DNA from: Calditrichota bacterium
Lineage (GTDB): Bacteria > Calditrichota > Calditrichia > RBG-13-44-9 > J075
DNA length: 45,895 bases
Assembly (NCBI GenBank): GCA_024275555.1
Contig: JAJRYW010000383.1
Location: forward strand, 1 to 45,895
Reading direction: 5' to 3'
Shown in pieces: positions 1 to 8,500 of the stretch. The stretch's first letter is position 1. Every line of letters starts with the position of its first letter. Below the pieces are notes generated by a model that worked only from the letters and a program-made list of their open reading frames with translations, searched no databases and had not been told where the DNA came from. Position numbers and translations under genes: made by a program.

Positions 1-269
1 CCATCCGCCGGATAATTATGATGCGAAGGAATCGACCACTTTCCGTTTTCGAATACCACCTTAAAGGGGATTGCCTCGCCTGTATCTTCATTAAACTCAA
101 TCACTTCCAGCGAGACCGCTGCATTGGGGTCTTTAAACTCGGGGAAAAATTCTTCGCCCTGGTCTACAAAAGCATCCGGGGTAACCCGTTTGGGCGCAGT
201 GATGAAGACCAGCAAAGCCAGGATCACTGCGGCCGCTCCGTATAACGATGTCTTTTTAATCTCACTCAT
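1..269 (-). CDS. Partial CDS (3' end off-window): membrane-anchored protein, DUF4340-like partner of GldG-type ABC systems
   Basis: Absent from the ORF track because its stop lies off-window. ATG at 267-269 (minus) is preceded by GGAG. The translation MSEIKKTSLYGAAAVILALLVFITAPKRV...GKWSIPSHHNYPADG stays open to position 1. It has one N-terminal TM helix. Its position directly after a GldG-like gene is typical of DUF4340 proteins (family call from memory). Confidence 0.45.
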   Translation of the reverse strand, partial: MSEIKKTSLYGAAAVILALLVFITAPKRVTPDAFVDQGEEFFPEFKDPNAAVSLEVIEFNEDTGEAIPFKVVFENGKWSIPSHHNYPAD

Positions 270-272
270 GGT

Positions 273-2957
273 TTAGCTCCTTAGTCTTCTTGATGCAGCT
301 TCACCTTCGGCTTCGCGGCGACGCCGCTGCACAAAGATAAAAACACCCAGCACCAGCACCGGAATGGGCGGGAGCAGCACCGCCAGGGTTTTGATGCCGC
401 TCTGAATGGCCCGGATTTGGGTTTCCATGCGCTCTTTGCTGGCGGCAATTTTGGCGTTCTTTTCCGCCTCGATGCTGGCTTTCAGGGCGTCGAACTTACG
501 CTGTTCGGCCTCCTGGATGTTGCGGGCCATAATCTCCTTGGTTTGTTCATCCAGGTCGCTGCGCTGCTGCACTTCCGCAACCCGCTCATTGAGCCGTTTC
601 TGGGCTTCGGTCAGGGCAATTTGTGCTTCGGATTCAGCTTGCTGTTCTTCCCGGGCCCGGCGCTGCACGTATTCCTGGATCTGCGCTTCCACGCTGCGCA
701 GGGTGCGGTGTTTGACGCGCCGGTTGCGCAGGGCCACAAACGATTCATCGCCGGCCAACACATCGATGCAGTTTAAGAAAAAGTTGACATTGTCAAAATC
801 CAGGTTGGCCAGCCCCTGTTTGCGGATTTCAAAAAATTGCTCGGAGATGAAATCGATATCGGCAATGACAATCATGTTAATCGACTTCCGGCCGGCAGAG
901 TCTGCTAAGGTGCTATCCGCATAAGTTTTGGGGATGGAGCGCACCTGCGCCGCCAGGGTGTAATCCTGGGAGTTGGGGAAGTGCGGCAAGCCGCGCACAT
1001 TTAACTGGGCGCCAAAAAAGCTGCGCCGCACCATGCGCTGATAGGACTGCACCCCGGAGAGCGTCCCGGTCTTCAGCAGCGGGGTAAATTCCACCTCGGC
1101 CCCGGCCGCTTTGTTCAGGTAGCCGGGAAAGAGGAAGACCAGTTCCTGCAACCGGGCCGTGCCGATAAAGTTGGGATTAAAAGCTTCCGGGTTTTCATTC
1201 CCGCGCCCCAGGAAGACAATTTCCGGGGGCAGGCTGGCTAAATCCGGGTGAGGATTGTAGGCGTCCCAAACAATCTGGCGGATATTCCAACTCACGCCCA
1301 GTTCATTCATAAACCGGTTGATATTCCCCTTCTCTTTGGGGGGCGGTCCTTGCTGCATAAAGGGATTGCGGTTGGCCCCGGCTTTTTCCGAGGGCGCAAT
1401 GCCGATATTCACCGCGGGCAGGGGATCCACCAGCAGCAGGGTCGGCGCCCCGCTTTCGATATACTCCCGCAGGTTGTCCATGGCCTCCTGGGTTAATGAA
1501 GAGGGAATCGGTACGACCAGTGCATCCACCTTTTCTTTAATCGGATTGGAGGGGTTGATATGCACTACTTCGTACTGTTTTTCCAGTTCATCTACCACCT
1601 GCCACTGCGGTGTGGAGGTCATGGCTTGAAAATCGAAGCCGCCGGCCAGTTTTGCCTCGGTTCCGACTAATCCGATTTTTTTGCGATCGGTGCGGGCCAC
1701 GGTGCGGATGCTTCTCACCAGTTCGTACTCGGTAGGCAGGCCGCGCTCAAAAAAGGGGATGACGGCTTCTTCCGCCCCGCAGGTGAAGGCAACCCCCAGG
1801 TAGGCCTGGGTAACGCTGGCCCGGGCGCTGCCGGGATCGGGCAGTTCCCGCGGCAAAATGCCAAATTTTTCCCGGGCTTCCCGGGCTTCCGGGGTAAACG
1901 GCTCGGTGTCCTTGATGAGCACCTCTACCTTCGGCCCGGCGGCGGCATCGATCTCCTGCAAAAAGCCCAGCAAATTTTCCCGGGTCTGCACAAACTGCTG
2001 GGGCAATTCTTTACTGACATAGGCCTGGATAAACACCGGCCGCTCCGCGGAGAGTTCATCCAAAAGCTGATAGGTCTGGTCGGACAGCGAGTGCAACTGT
2101 TCCGCGGTTACATCCATGCGGAAGCCAATCCGCCCGATAATAGCGTTCACGCTGATCAAAATAATCACCAGGGCTATGCTGCGCAGGGTATGATGAAACT
2201 TCATCGGATAGCCGTCTGCTTTCAGCGGCCAGTGGCGGCGGCTGAGAAACAGCACGTTGAAGTAGAGCATCAGAAAAGCAATCGAAGCAAAATAGAACAA
2301 TCCGGACAGGCTGATCACACCGCGGGCAAAATCACCAAAGTGGCCTTTTACGCCCAGCGGGGCCAGAAAATTTTGTACGCTAACGCCCAGCAAGCCGCCC
2401 ACTTCATCAATAAACGCCAGCAGGTAGCAGAATAAAGCGCCCAGGATAAAAGCGATGGTCATGTTCGAGCTGAACAGCGACGCGGTCATCCCGATAGTTA
2501 TAAAAGCGGCCCCGATGAGCCAGTAACCCAGGTAATTTCCGAACATCAATCCCAGGTCGGGGCTGCCTAAGAACATCAGCACCACGACATGGCTTAACGA
2601 CACTGCCAGCGAGGCGCTGTATACGCCCAGGGCGGCCAGGTATTTGCCCAGCACCACTTCCAGGTCGGTAGCCGGCAGGGTAAGCAAAAGCTCATCGGTG
2701 CCTTCTTTACGCTCTTCGGCCCAGACGCCCATCGCCAGGGCCGGAACGAAAAAAATCAGCAAATAAGGAAACACATTGTTTAATTGATCCAGGTTAGCCA
2801 GGTTGTTCAGAAAAAAACGCTCCGGCCAAAATGCAGCATAAGCGCTTAAAAAGATAAACAGGGTGATAAATACATACCCGGAGGGGTTGGTAAAATACAG
2901 GCGGATATCCCGCAGGAAGATCGCCCGCACCGTTTTGAAGTTCAGTTCTATTTTCAT
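273..2957 (-). CDS. Fused ABC-2 type permease (GldF-like, N-terminal ~240 aa) and GldG-like auxiliary component, with a C-terminal coiled coil and TM anchor
   Basis: 894-aa ORF with an ATG start. The N-terminus has about 6 TM helices typical of ABC-2 permeases. The central region resembles the GldG / ABC-type uncharacterized transport system domain. Residues ~756-856 are an E/Q/A/R/K-rich heptad-like segment, followed by a TM helix. Its start forms an ATGA overlap with the stop of the upstream ATPase gene. Confidence 0.8.
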   Translation of the reverse strand: MKIELNFKTVRAIFLRDIRLYFTNPSGYVFITLFIFLSAYAAFWPERFFLNNLANLDQLNNVFPYLLIFFVPALAMGVWAEERKEGTDELLLTLPATDLEVVLGKYLAALGVYSASLAVSLSHVVVLMFLGSPDLGLMFGNYLGYWLIGAAFITIGMTASLFSSNMTIAFILGALFCYLLAFIDEVGGLLGVSVQNFLAPLGVKGHFGDFARGVISLSGLFYFASIAFLMLYFNVLFLSRRHWPLKADGYPMKFHHTLRSIALVIILISVNAIIGRIGFRMDVTAEQLHSLSDQTYQLLDELSAERPVFIQAYVSKELPQQFVQTRENLLGFLQEIDAAAGPKVEVLIKDTEPFTPEAREAREKFGILPRELPDPGSARASVTQAYLGVAFTCGAEEAVIPFFERGLPTEYELVRSIRTVARTDRKKIGLVGTEAKLAGGFDFQAMTSTPQWQVVDELEKQYEVVHINPSNPIKEKVDALVVPIPSSLTQEAMDNLREYIESGAPTLLLVDPLPAVNIGIAPSEKAGANRNPFMQQGPPPKEKGNINRFMNELGVSWNIRQIVWDAYNPHPDLASLPPEIVFLGRGNENPEAFNPNFIGTARLQELVFLFPGYLNKAAGAEVEFTPLLKTGTLSGVQSYQRMVRRSFFGAQLNVRGLPHFPNSQDYTLAAQVRSIPKTYADSTLADSAGRKSINMIVIADIDFISEQFFEIRKQGLANLDFDNVNFFLNCIDVLAGDESFVALRNRRVKHRTLRSVEAQIQEYVQRRAREEQQAESEAQIALTEAQKRLNERVAEVQQRSDLDEQTKEIMARNIQEAEQRKFDALKASIEAEKNAKIAASKERMETQIRAIQSGIKTLAVLLPPIPVLVLGVFIFVQRRRREAEGEAASRRLRS

Positions 2958-3724
2958 ACCCGGTCCTCCTTCGCTGGCATGGAATCGACAGAGTTGGTGT
3001 GTTGAGTGAGCCGGTAGAAGGGTTTCTCCAGAGAGCCGTCTTCTTTCAGTTCTTCCGGCGCGCCGTCAAACACCAGGCGGCCGTTATGGATAAATATCAC
3101 CCGGTCGGCGACGGCTTCTACCTCTTGCAGGATATGGGTGGAGAGGAGAATTGTTTTGGTTTTGCCAAGCTCTTTTATGTTTTCCCGAAAATCATGGATT
3201 TGATTGGGGTCCAGGCCGGCGGTCGGCTCGTCCATGATCAGCACCTCGGGATCGTGCAACAGCGCCTGGGCCAGCCCCACCCGTTGGCGATACCCTTTGG
3301 AAAGCTTGCCGATGGGTTTTTCCAGCACTTGCTGCAAGGCGCACTGCTCCACCACCGCATCGATGCGTTGTTTCAGATGCGCTTCTTCCAGGCCGCGCAC
3401 CTCGCCAAAAAATTGCAGCGATTCCAGGGGGGTCATATCCGAATAGAGGGGGCCGTTCTCCGGCAAGTAGCCAAGAAGTTTGGCGGCCTTCATCCGTTGG
3501 GCGGTCACATCATAGCCGCCAATGGCGGCCCGCCCGGCGCTGGGAGCGATAAAACCGGTCAGCAGCTTCATTGTGGTGGACTTCCCGGCCCCATTGGGCC
3601 CCAGGAACGCCGTGATCTGTCCCCTGGGAATCGAGAACGTTACATCCTGAATGGCGACAAATTGGCCGTAGTATTTGCTCAATCCGTCCGCCTCGATCAT
3701 CACTTGATTCTGACTTCCACTCAT
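2954..3724 (-). CDS. ABC transporter ATP-binding protein (GldA/CcmA-like)
   Basis: Walker A GPNGAGKST, signature LSKGYRQR and Walker B LIMDEPTAGLD are present. The ORF-track start at 3757 is a TTG. I prefer the ATG at 3722-3724 (MSGSQNQVM...), which is preceded by GAGGAG. Confidence 0.9.
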   Translation of the reverse strand: MSGSQNQVMIEADGLSKYYGQFVAIQDVTFSIPRGQITAFLGPNGAGKSTTMKLLTGFIAPSAGRAAIGGYDVTAQRMKAAKLLGYLPENGPLYSDMTPLESLQFFGEVRGLEEAHLKQRIDAVVEQCALQQVLEKPIGKLSKGYRQRVGLAQALLHDPEVLIMDEPTAGLDPNQIHDFRENIKELGKTKTILLSTHILQEVEAVADRVIFIHNGRLVFDGAPEELKEDGSLEKPFYRLTQHTNSVDSMPAKEDRV

Positions 3725-3949
3725 GGGTCTCCTCACAGTTTTGAGCCGTAAAAACAATAGCCAACACCATGGTATTTCTCAGGTAACCATACCTTATTCA
3801 AAATTTGATTATATGACTGAAAATTAAATATGGTTCCGAAACATTGAGAAAAAAAACGGCGAAAATGCTCCGGATCGGCAGCGGGCGGAAGATAAACTAT
3901 TTTCAAGATCGTTTCAATAAATTTTCCGCAAAAAACGAGCGAGGCTTCC

Positions 3950-3983
3950 CCCAAACTCTCTACCGTGCACTTTTTTAAAGCTG
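3950..3983. repeat. Copy 1 of a conserved intergenic motif CTCTACC(G/A)TGCACTTTTTT
   Basis: Positions 3958-3976 read CTCTACCGTGCACTTTTTT. This matches 13996-14015 (CTCTACCATGCACTTTTTTT) apart from one substitution and one extra T. The flanks are also similar (CCCA..CT upstream, TA.A.GC downstream). Both copies are intergenic and in the same orientation. Confidence 0.55.
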
Positions 3984-4068
3984 CGGATTTTCATTGATCA
4001 ACACGCCGGCCCTGCTCTGACGGAGCGGGCCAGGCGTGTTGATCCGCGGCGAACAGAAAAAGTGCACG
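3964..4068. repeat. Composite imperfect palindrome (~105 bp) between divergent genes
   Basis: The outer arms are CGTGCACTTTTT (3964-3975) and AAAAAGTGCACG (4057-4068), 12/12 complementary. The middle arms are GCGGAT (3983-3988) and ATCCGC (4042-4047). The inner arms are GATCAACACGCCGGCCC (3996-4012) and GGGCCAGGCGTGTTGATC (4027-4044), with one bulge. There is a further GCTC/GAGC pair in the loop. Confidence 0.7.
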
Positions 4069-4096
4069 ATAGGGGACCCCCAAAAGGGCCTTTGGC

Positions 4097-5761
4097 GTGT
4101 TGATAGGAATCCACCTTGCGTTTGACAAAAAATTGGCTAAATTTAGCTTCGCAGAAACAGCAGTTAAACCGTTAAGATTTTCCCTGAGGATAATGATACA
4201 CCACAGCAATCAGTTCCCTTGCCCGGCGCATCCCCGGGATATATTTATTATTGACCATGAAAAGCGCGATATCCCGGACGCCCACATGACCTACCGCCTC
4301 CTTACCGAAGCAGAAGCCCAGGGAGCAGAGTTATATACACCGGCCAACTCCCTCTCGGATGTGCTTCATCCCCTGATGTTGCTTAGCTGGGAATGGTGGT
4401 TTCGCACCGAGCCGGCCCTGGCCAAGACCGACATCAAGAGCGTGGTGCAGCACCTGGAGGAAAAGCAGCAGTTAGCCAACCGGCTCAAGATCTGGCATCC
4501 CCGGCACTATCGTTTTCTGCTGCACGAGGAGGGTAAATACTGGCCGGTCAGCGGGTTTCCGGCCATGCGGCGTTTGGATGAACTCGACAGCCCCAAAGAG
4601 AAACTGTTCTGGTGGGGGCACATGCTGGTATTTGCCCTGTCCATCATGCAGCGGTTTTCCATGATCCTGGAGTTGGCCTCTCCCAATTTCGGCTTTGTTC
4701 CTCCGCAGCGCCGTTTGTATTACCTGTCTGACCACACCCGGAAAGGGAAAGATTTTGCCGCCTTCGGAGCGGCGATCATTGAACGCATTGCCGAGGCCCC
4801 GGAGATTAAAGAAGACCAATGGTACATCCTGGGCAAGTTTCTCAACCAGCTTTTCATTCCGCATGTTTCCGACATCCAGGACTGGAACCAGCTCTACCAG
4901 GGCGCCCAGAAGACCCCGACCAATCATCTCTACAATCCCCGCAAAAAAGCCCTGCTGCGCGGATTGATCAACCAGGGGAATCCCCGCTCGGCGTTAAAAA
5001 GTAATGGCAAAATCTGTATTTTAGCAGATATTCACAGCAACCTGCCCGCCCTGGAAGCGGTGCTGGAGGAAGCCAAAAGGTTGGGGGCCAGCCGGTTTTT
5101 AGTTTTAGGGGACCTGGTTGGCTACGGCGCTCAGCCGCGCGAATGCATCTACCGGCTGGCAAACCTGGAGTCCAGCATTTTTGTGCAGGGCAACCATGAC
5201 TATGCGGTCAGCCAGGCGGCCTGGGAAAGCGTCGAGAGCGAAACCGCCAAAACCACGGCAAAGTGGACCCGGGAACAACTGGACACCGAATCCCTGGAAT
5301 GGCTGGGCAGCCTGCAGCGGGAACAAATTTTTTCCAACTGGATGGTCGTGCACGCCTTTCCCAAAAGCGTGGAGTATTTTAAGGATTACCATAATCAGCT
5401 TAGTTTTAAAGAGAGCCTGGATTACATCGCCGAGCGGAATCTTCAAGTCGCCTTTTACGGTCACACCCACATCCCCTATGCCCACCTGCGCACCTCGGAC
5501 GAGCAGACTATCCCCATCGGCAATAAAAACACCAAATTATTTATGCGCGGAGAAGCCCTGCTGATTAATCCGGGCTCGGTGGGTCAGCCGCGTCACGGCG
5601 AGAACAAAGCCTGTTTTGCGTTATGGGACACCCAATCCAACATGTTGAGCTTCCACGCCATTCCCTACCCGGTAGACCAGGCAATTGAGGCGCTGGTGCG
5701 TTCCGATCTGCCTAAAGAGGCGATCTACAGCTTGTCAGCGCGATTGGAGAAGGGGAGATAA
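4097..5761 (+). CDS. Metallophosphoesterase-domain protein (C-terminal ~240 aa) with an unrecognised ~250-300-aa N-terminal region
   Basis: Calcineurin-like phosphoesterase motifs are present: ICILADIHSN, LVLGDLVGYG, VQGNHD, GHTH, NPGSVGQPR. The start is uncertain. 4097 is a GTG and is simply the first possible start. ATG candidates are at 4193 and 4286 (MTYRLL...). Confidence 0.75.
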   Translation: MLIGIHLAFDKKLAKFSFAETAVKPLRFSLRIMIHHSNQFPCPAHPRDIFIIDHEKRDIPDAHMTYRLLTEAEAQGAELYTPANSLSDVLHPLMLLSWEWWFRTEPALAKTDIKSVVQHLEEKQQLANRLKIWHPRHYRFLLHEEGKYWPVSGFPAMRRLDELDSPKEKLFWWGHMLVFALSIMQRFSMILELASPNFGFVPPQRRLYYLSDHTRKGKDFAAFGAAIIERIAEAPEIKEDQWYILGKFLNQLFIPHVSDIQDWNQLYQGAQKTPTNHLYNPRKKALLRGLINQGNPRSALKSNGKICILADIHSNLPALEAVLEEAKRLGASRFLVLGDLVGYGAQPRECIYRLANLESSIFVQGNHDYAVSQAAWESVESETAKTTAKWTREQLDTESLEWLGSLQREQIFSNWMVVHAFPKSVEYFKDYHNQLSFKESLDYIAERNLQVAFYGHTHIPYAHLRTSDEQTIPIGNKNTKLFMRGEALLINPGSVGQPRHGENKACFALWDTQSNMLSFHAIPYPVDQAIEALVRSDLPKEAIYSLSARLEKGR

Positions 5762-5769
5762 CAGAGTCT

Positions 5770-5810
5770 GCCGGCGGGAAAAAGGGCGGAGCGCCGGCCT
5801 TCTTTTATTT
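5770..5810 (+). terminator. Rho-independent terminator after the metallophosphoesterase gene
   Basis: Stem GCCGGCG (5770-5776) / CGCCGGC (5792-5798) is followed by CTTCTTTTATTT. The T-tract overlaps the stop codon of the convergent minus-strand gene. Confidence 0.5.
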
Positions 5811-8396
5811 AGATTCCATCCGAAATATGGTAATACCGTAGTTGTCGCGGTCTTCCGGCGGAGCAGCATTCCAACGCCGGGGCGAGTGAGAATCATCGGT
5901 GACAAAGTGAACCCGGTATTCTCCGGCCGGCAAATTAATAACCGTGGTCTCGGTGCGATTTTTGTAGGCTCCTCCGGCGCGGCGCGTGGATTCGTACTCC
6001 ATAATCCAAAGAACTTCATTCGATTCGGCGCTTTCAAGCCAGCCATAGTCCACCATTTCCCCGGGCAGCCCTTCCCCGAGGGCATAAATGCGCACCGAGG
6101 CCGCTTTATCCAGGGTAAACCGTTTGATGATGTGCTCGGAATCGCCCATTCCCACAATGCGGCACAGGACTTCTTCATTGCGGGAAAAATCGTCGAAGAC
6201 CTCGATCTGGTCCTGGGGAAAGTTTTCATCCGCCAGTGATACCCGGATACCCCATGATTTTCCCTGCCGGGGCGGGCGGGCGTTCCAATGCGGGTAGCTG
6301 TGCGTATCATCGGTGCGGAAATAGACCGTGTAGGTTCCGGCGGGAAGATGAACCACTTCGTCAATCAGGCGGTTTTTTCGGGCCCCGCCGGCCGGCCGGG
6401 TTTTATGAAATTCCATCTGCCAGACCTTCCGGCCGGTGGTGGTGTTGATGATCCACCCGTAATCAAACATTTCTCCGTCGCGACCTTCGCCGAGGGCAAA
6501 GATTCTTAGGTTGGCGTCGCGCTTAAGTTTAAAGAGCATCGATCTTGATTCGTCGTTGCCGAGGCCGGTTATTTCGATAAAAGGCGGCAAGGCGGCCGGC
6601 TCGGGCGTATCAAGGGGCTCTACCGCTCCCTCGGCGCTGTCCAGGGCAAAGAGGGTAATTCCCCACTCCTCGGGATTATAAGGAGGGCGGGTGTTCCATT
6701 CGGCATAGGAATGGGAGTCATCGGTGCGGAAAAAGACATTGTAGGTTCCCTCGGGCAAGGAGATCACCGCTTCTTCCAGGCGGTTTTTGCTGCTGCCGCC
6801 CCCGGGAACGGTGCGGTCATATTCCATCCGCCAGACCATTCGCCCGCTGCCGGCCTCTTCAATCCAGCCGTAATCGAACATCTCTCCATCACGGCCTTCT
6901 CCCAGGGCGCGGATTTTTATGCGCGTTTTCTTACGCACCTGCACGCTCTTGCTGACCAGTTCATTGTCGCCAATGCCGGTCAGGGCAATCAGCGGCTTAA
7001 GGGGAACTTCATCAACCATGGAGATATCTTCCGGAGAAACATTTTTATCTACCAGGAAAAGGGTCACTCCCCAGTCCGCCGGGTTGCGGGGCGGTTTGCT
7101 GTTCCAATCCCGGTAGGCGTGGGAATCATCGGTTTGGTAATAGACCCGGTAGAGGCCGGCGGGCAGTTGCACAACCTCATCCACAAGGCGGTTTTTTTGA
7201 GCGCCTCCGGCATGACGGGTCTGCTCGTAGCGCATCTCCCAAACCCGTTCGCCGGTCTTGGTATCGACAATCCAGGCGTAATCCGACATTCCTTCCGGGA
7301 ATCCTTCGCCCAGGGCATAGACCCGGATTTTGGCCGGCTTATCCAGGCGAATTCCCTGCTGCACCAGGCGGTTGCTGCCCACCCGGGTCATTCGTAAAAA
7401 AGAAACGGCCTGGGGCTTTTTAAATTTGCGGATATCGGCCGGATTAAATTTACCGGGAACTCCGGACAGGCTGATTCCCCAGAAGAACGGATCGTAAGGC
7501 GGGTTGGAATTCCAATCCTCGGGCGAATGGCTATCGTCGGTGACAAAGTGGATCGAGTAATCCCCGGCGGCTAACTTTAGAGTTGTTTTCCAGACGCGGT
7601 TTTTTTGGGCGCCGCCGGCCGGCTCGCCAAACTCTTCCCGGGCTTCCCAAATCTTCTGGTTGTCGTCGATCTTTTCAATCCAGCCATAATCATACTCCTC
7701 ATCGTTAAAGGCCTCGCCGACGGAATAAATCTGGAATTCTCCGGGGTTGCTCAGCGAGAAGAATTCCTGCAAGGATTCAAAATCACTCCCAGCCAACAGC
7801 GAGACCACCGCCTGGCGGGACAATTCCCGCTGGTATTGCCGTACTTCTGTGGCGGAATAAAGTTCATCCACTCCATCGATACGGATGTGACATGCTTCTT
7901 CAACCTCCTGCAACCAGCGCTCTCCCTTAATCAATTGCTGAAAGAGCCTGCCCAGGCTGGGCAAACCGTCTTCCCGGAGAAAGATTTTACGCGGCTTCAT
8001 CGCCCACAGGTACAACTCATAACGCCCGGCCGGAAGGGAGAGCGATTGGGAGAACTTGCGCAGGTAATCTCGCGCCCAGGATTTGCTCTCGGTGTTCTCC
8101 GGGGTCATCCGCCAGACTAATTCACGCGTTCCGGCATGAATAATCCAGGCATAAACAAACATCCCGTTTTGGTCAAAGCTCATATCTAAGCGACGCCTGG
8201 AGGGCTTGGAGCGCTTCTTTCCCCCGGGGAACCCCGCCCCAACCGCCTCAATGCGAACGGAACGATCTTCGTGGATTGCAAATCCCCCCACCTTTAGTTC
8301 GCCAAAGCGAATTTGATCGAATTCGAGGCTCACCTTATTTTGGGAAAAGAGCAAAATGGGGAAGAAAAGCAGAAAAAGAAAAATTTTTTTATTCAT
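5805..8396 (-). CDS. Secreted tandem-repeat protein (six ~137-aa modules), family not recognised
   Basis: Long ORF. I prefer the ATG at 8394-8396, which gives MNKKIFLFLLFFPILLFSQNK, a Sec-type signal peptide. The alternative ATG is at 8441. Modules share ALGEG..GEM.DYGWI...VW.M.Y..T...GG..KNR.....LPAG.Y.V.F.TDDSHS...WN..PP....WGI. Confidence 0.8.
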   Translation of the reverse strand: MNKKIFLFLLFFPILLFSQNKVSLEFDQIRFGELKVGGFAIHEDRSVRIEAVGAGFPGGKKRSKPSRRRLDMSFDQNGMFVYAWIIHAGTRELVWRMTPENTESKSWARDYLRKFSQSLSLPAGRYELYLWAMKPRKIFLREDGLPSLGRLFQQLIKGERWLQEVEEACHIRIDGVDELYSATEVRQYQRELSRQAVVSLLAGSDFESLQEFFSLSNPGEFQIYSVGEAFNDEEYDYGWIEKIDDNQKIWEAREEFGEPAGGAQKNRVWKTTLKLAAGDYSIHFVTDDSHSPEDWNSNPPYDPFFWGISLSGVPGKFNPADIRKFKKPQAVSFLRMTRVGSNRLVQQGIRLDKPAKIRVYALGEGFPEGMSDYAWIVDTKTGERVWEMRYEQTRHAGGAQKNRLVDEVVQLPAGLYRVYYQTDDSHAYRDWNSKPPRNPADWGVTLFLVDKNVSPEDISMVDEVPLKPLIALTGIGDNELVSKSVQVRKKTRIKIRALGEGRDGEMFDYGWIEEAGSGRMVWRMEYDRTVPGGGSSKNRLEEAVISLPEGTYNVFFRTDDSHSYAEWNTRPPYNPEEWGITLFALDSAEGAVEPLDTPEPAALPPFIEITGLGNDESRSMLFKLKRDANLRIFALGEGRDGEMFDYGWIINTTTGRKVWQMEFHKTRPAGGARKNRLIDEVVHLPAGTYTVYFRTDDTHSYPHWNARPPRQGKSWGIRVSLADENFPQDQIEVFDDFSRNEEVLCRIVGMGDSEHIIKRFTLDKAASVRIYALGEGLPGEMVDYGWLESAESNEVLWIMEYESTRRAGGAYKNRTETTVINLPAGEYRVHFVTDDSHSPRRWNAAPPEDRDNYGITIFRMESK
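5808..8312 (-). repeat. In-frame coding tandem repeats (period ~410 nt) within the secreted protein gene
   Basis: TDD(S/T)H occurs at residues 301, 437, 573, 710 and 848 of the ORF-track translation, a spacing of 136-138 aa. These correspond to nt 7541, 7133, 6725, 6314 and 5900. A degenerate first module spans about residues 44-165. Partial nucleotide-level conservation is visible, for example CATCGGTGCGGAAA(A/T)AGAC at ~6719 and ~6307. Confidence 0.8.
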
Positions 8397-8500
8397 GATT
8401 GACTCAATAGCTGCAACTCCAGCATTTATAATTACGTGCATTGATTTTTTTACGGGAATAATCTGACAATGTTACATTCCGGGGAAGGCATTTTTCATCC

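Noticed and set aside
18-245. 75-aa plus-strand ORF at the window start
   Set aside because: It lies antisense to a better-supported minus-strand partial CDS (1-269). That CDS has an ATG, a GGAG site, a TM helix and a sensible position after the GldG-like gene. The plus-strand ORF has no RBS and a non-protein-like composition.
3733-4209. Two small minus-strand ORFs (73 aa at 3733-3954 and 72 aa at 3991-4209) in the divergent intergenic region
   Set aside because: Neither has an RBS. One overlaps the ABC ATPase start, and the other is made of the palindrome sequence itself. Neither has a protein-like pattern.
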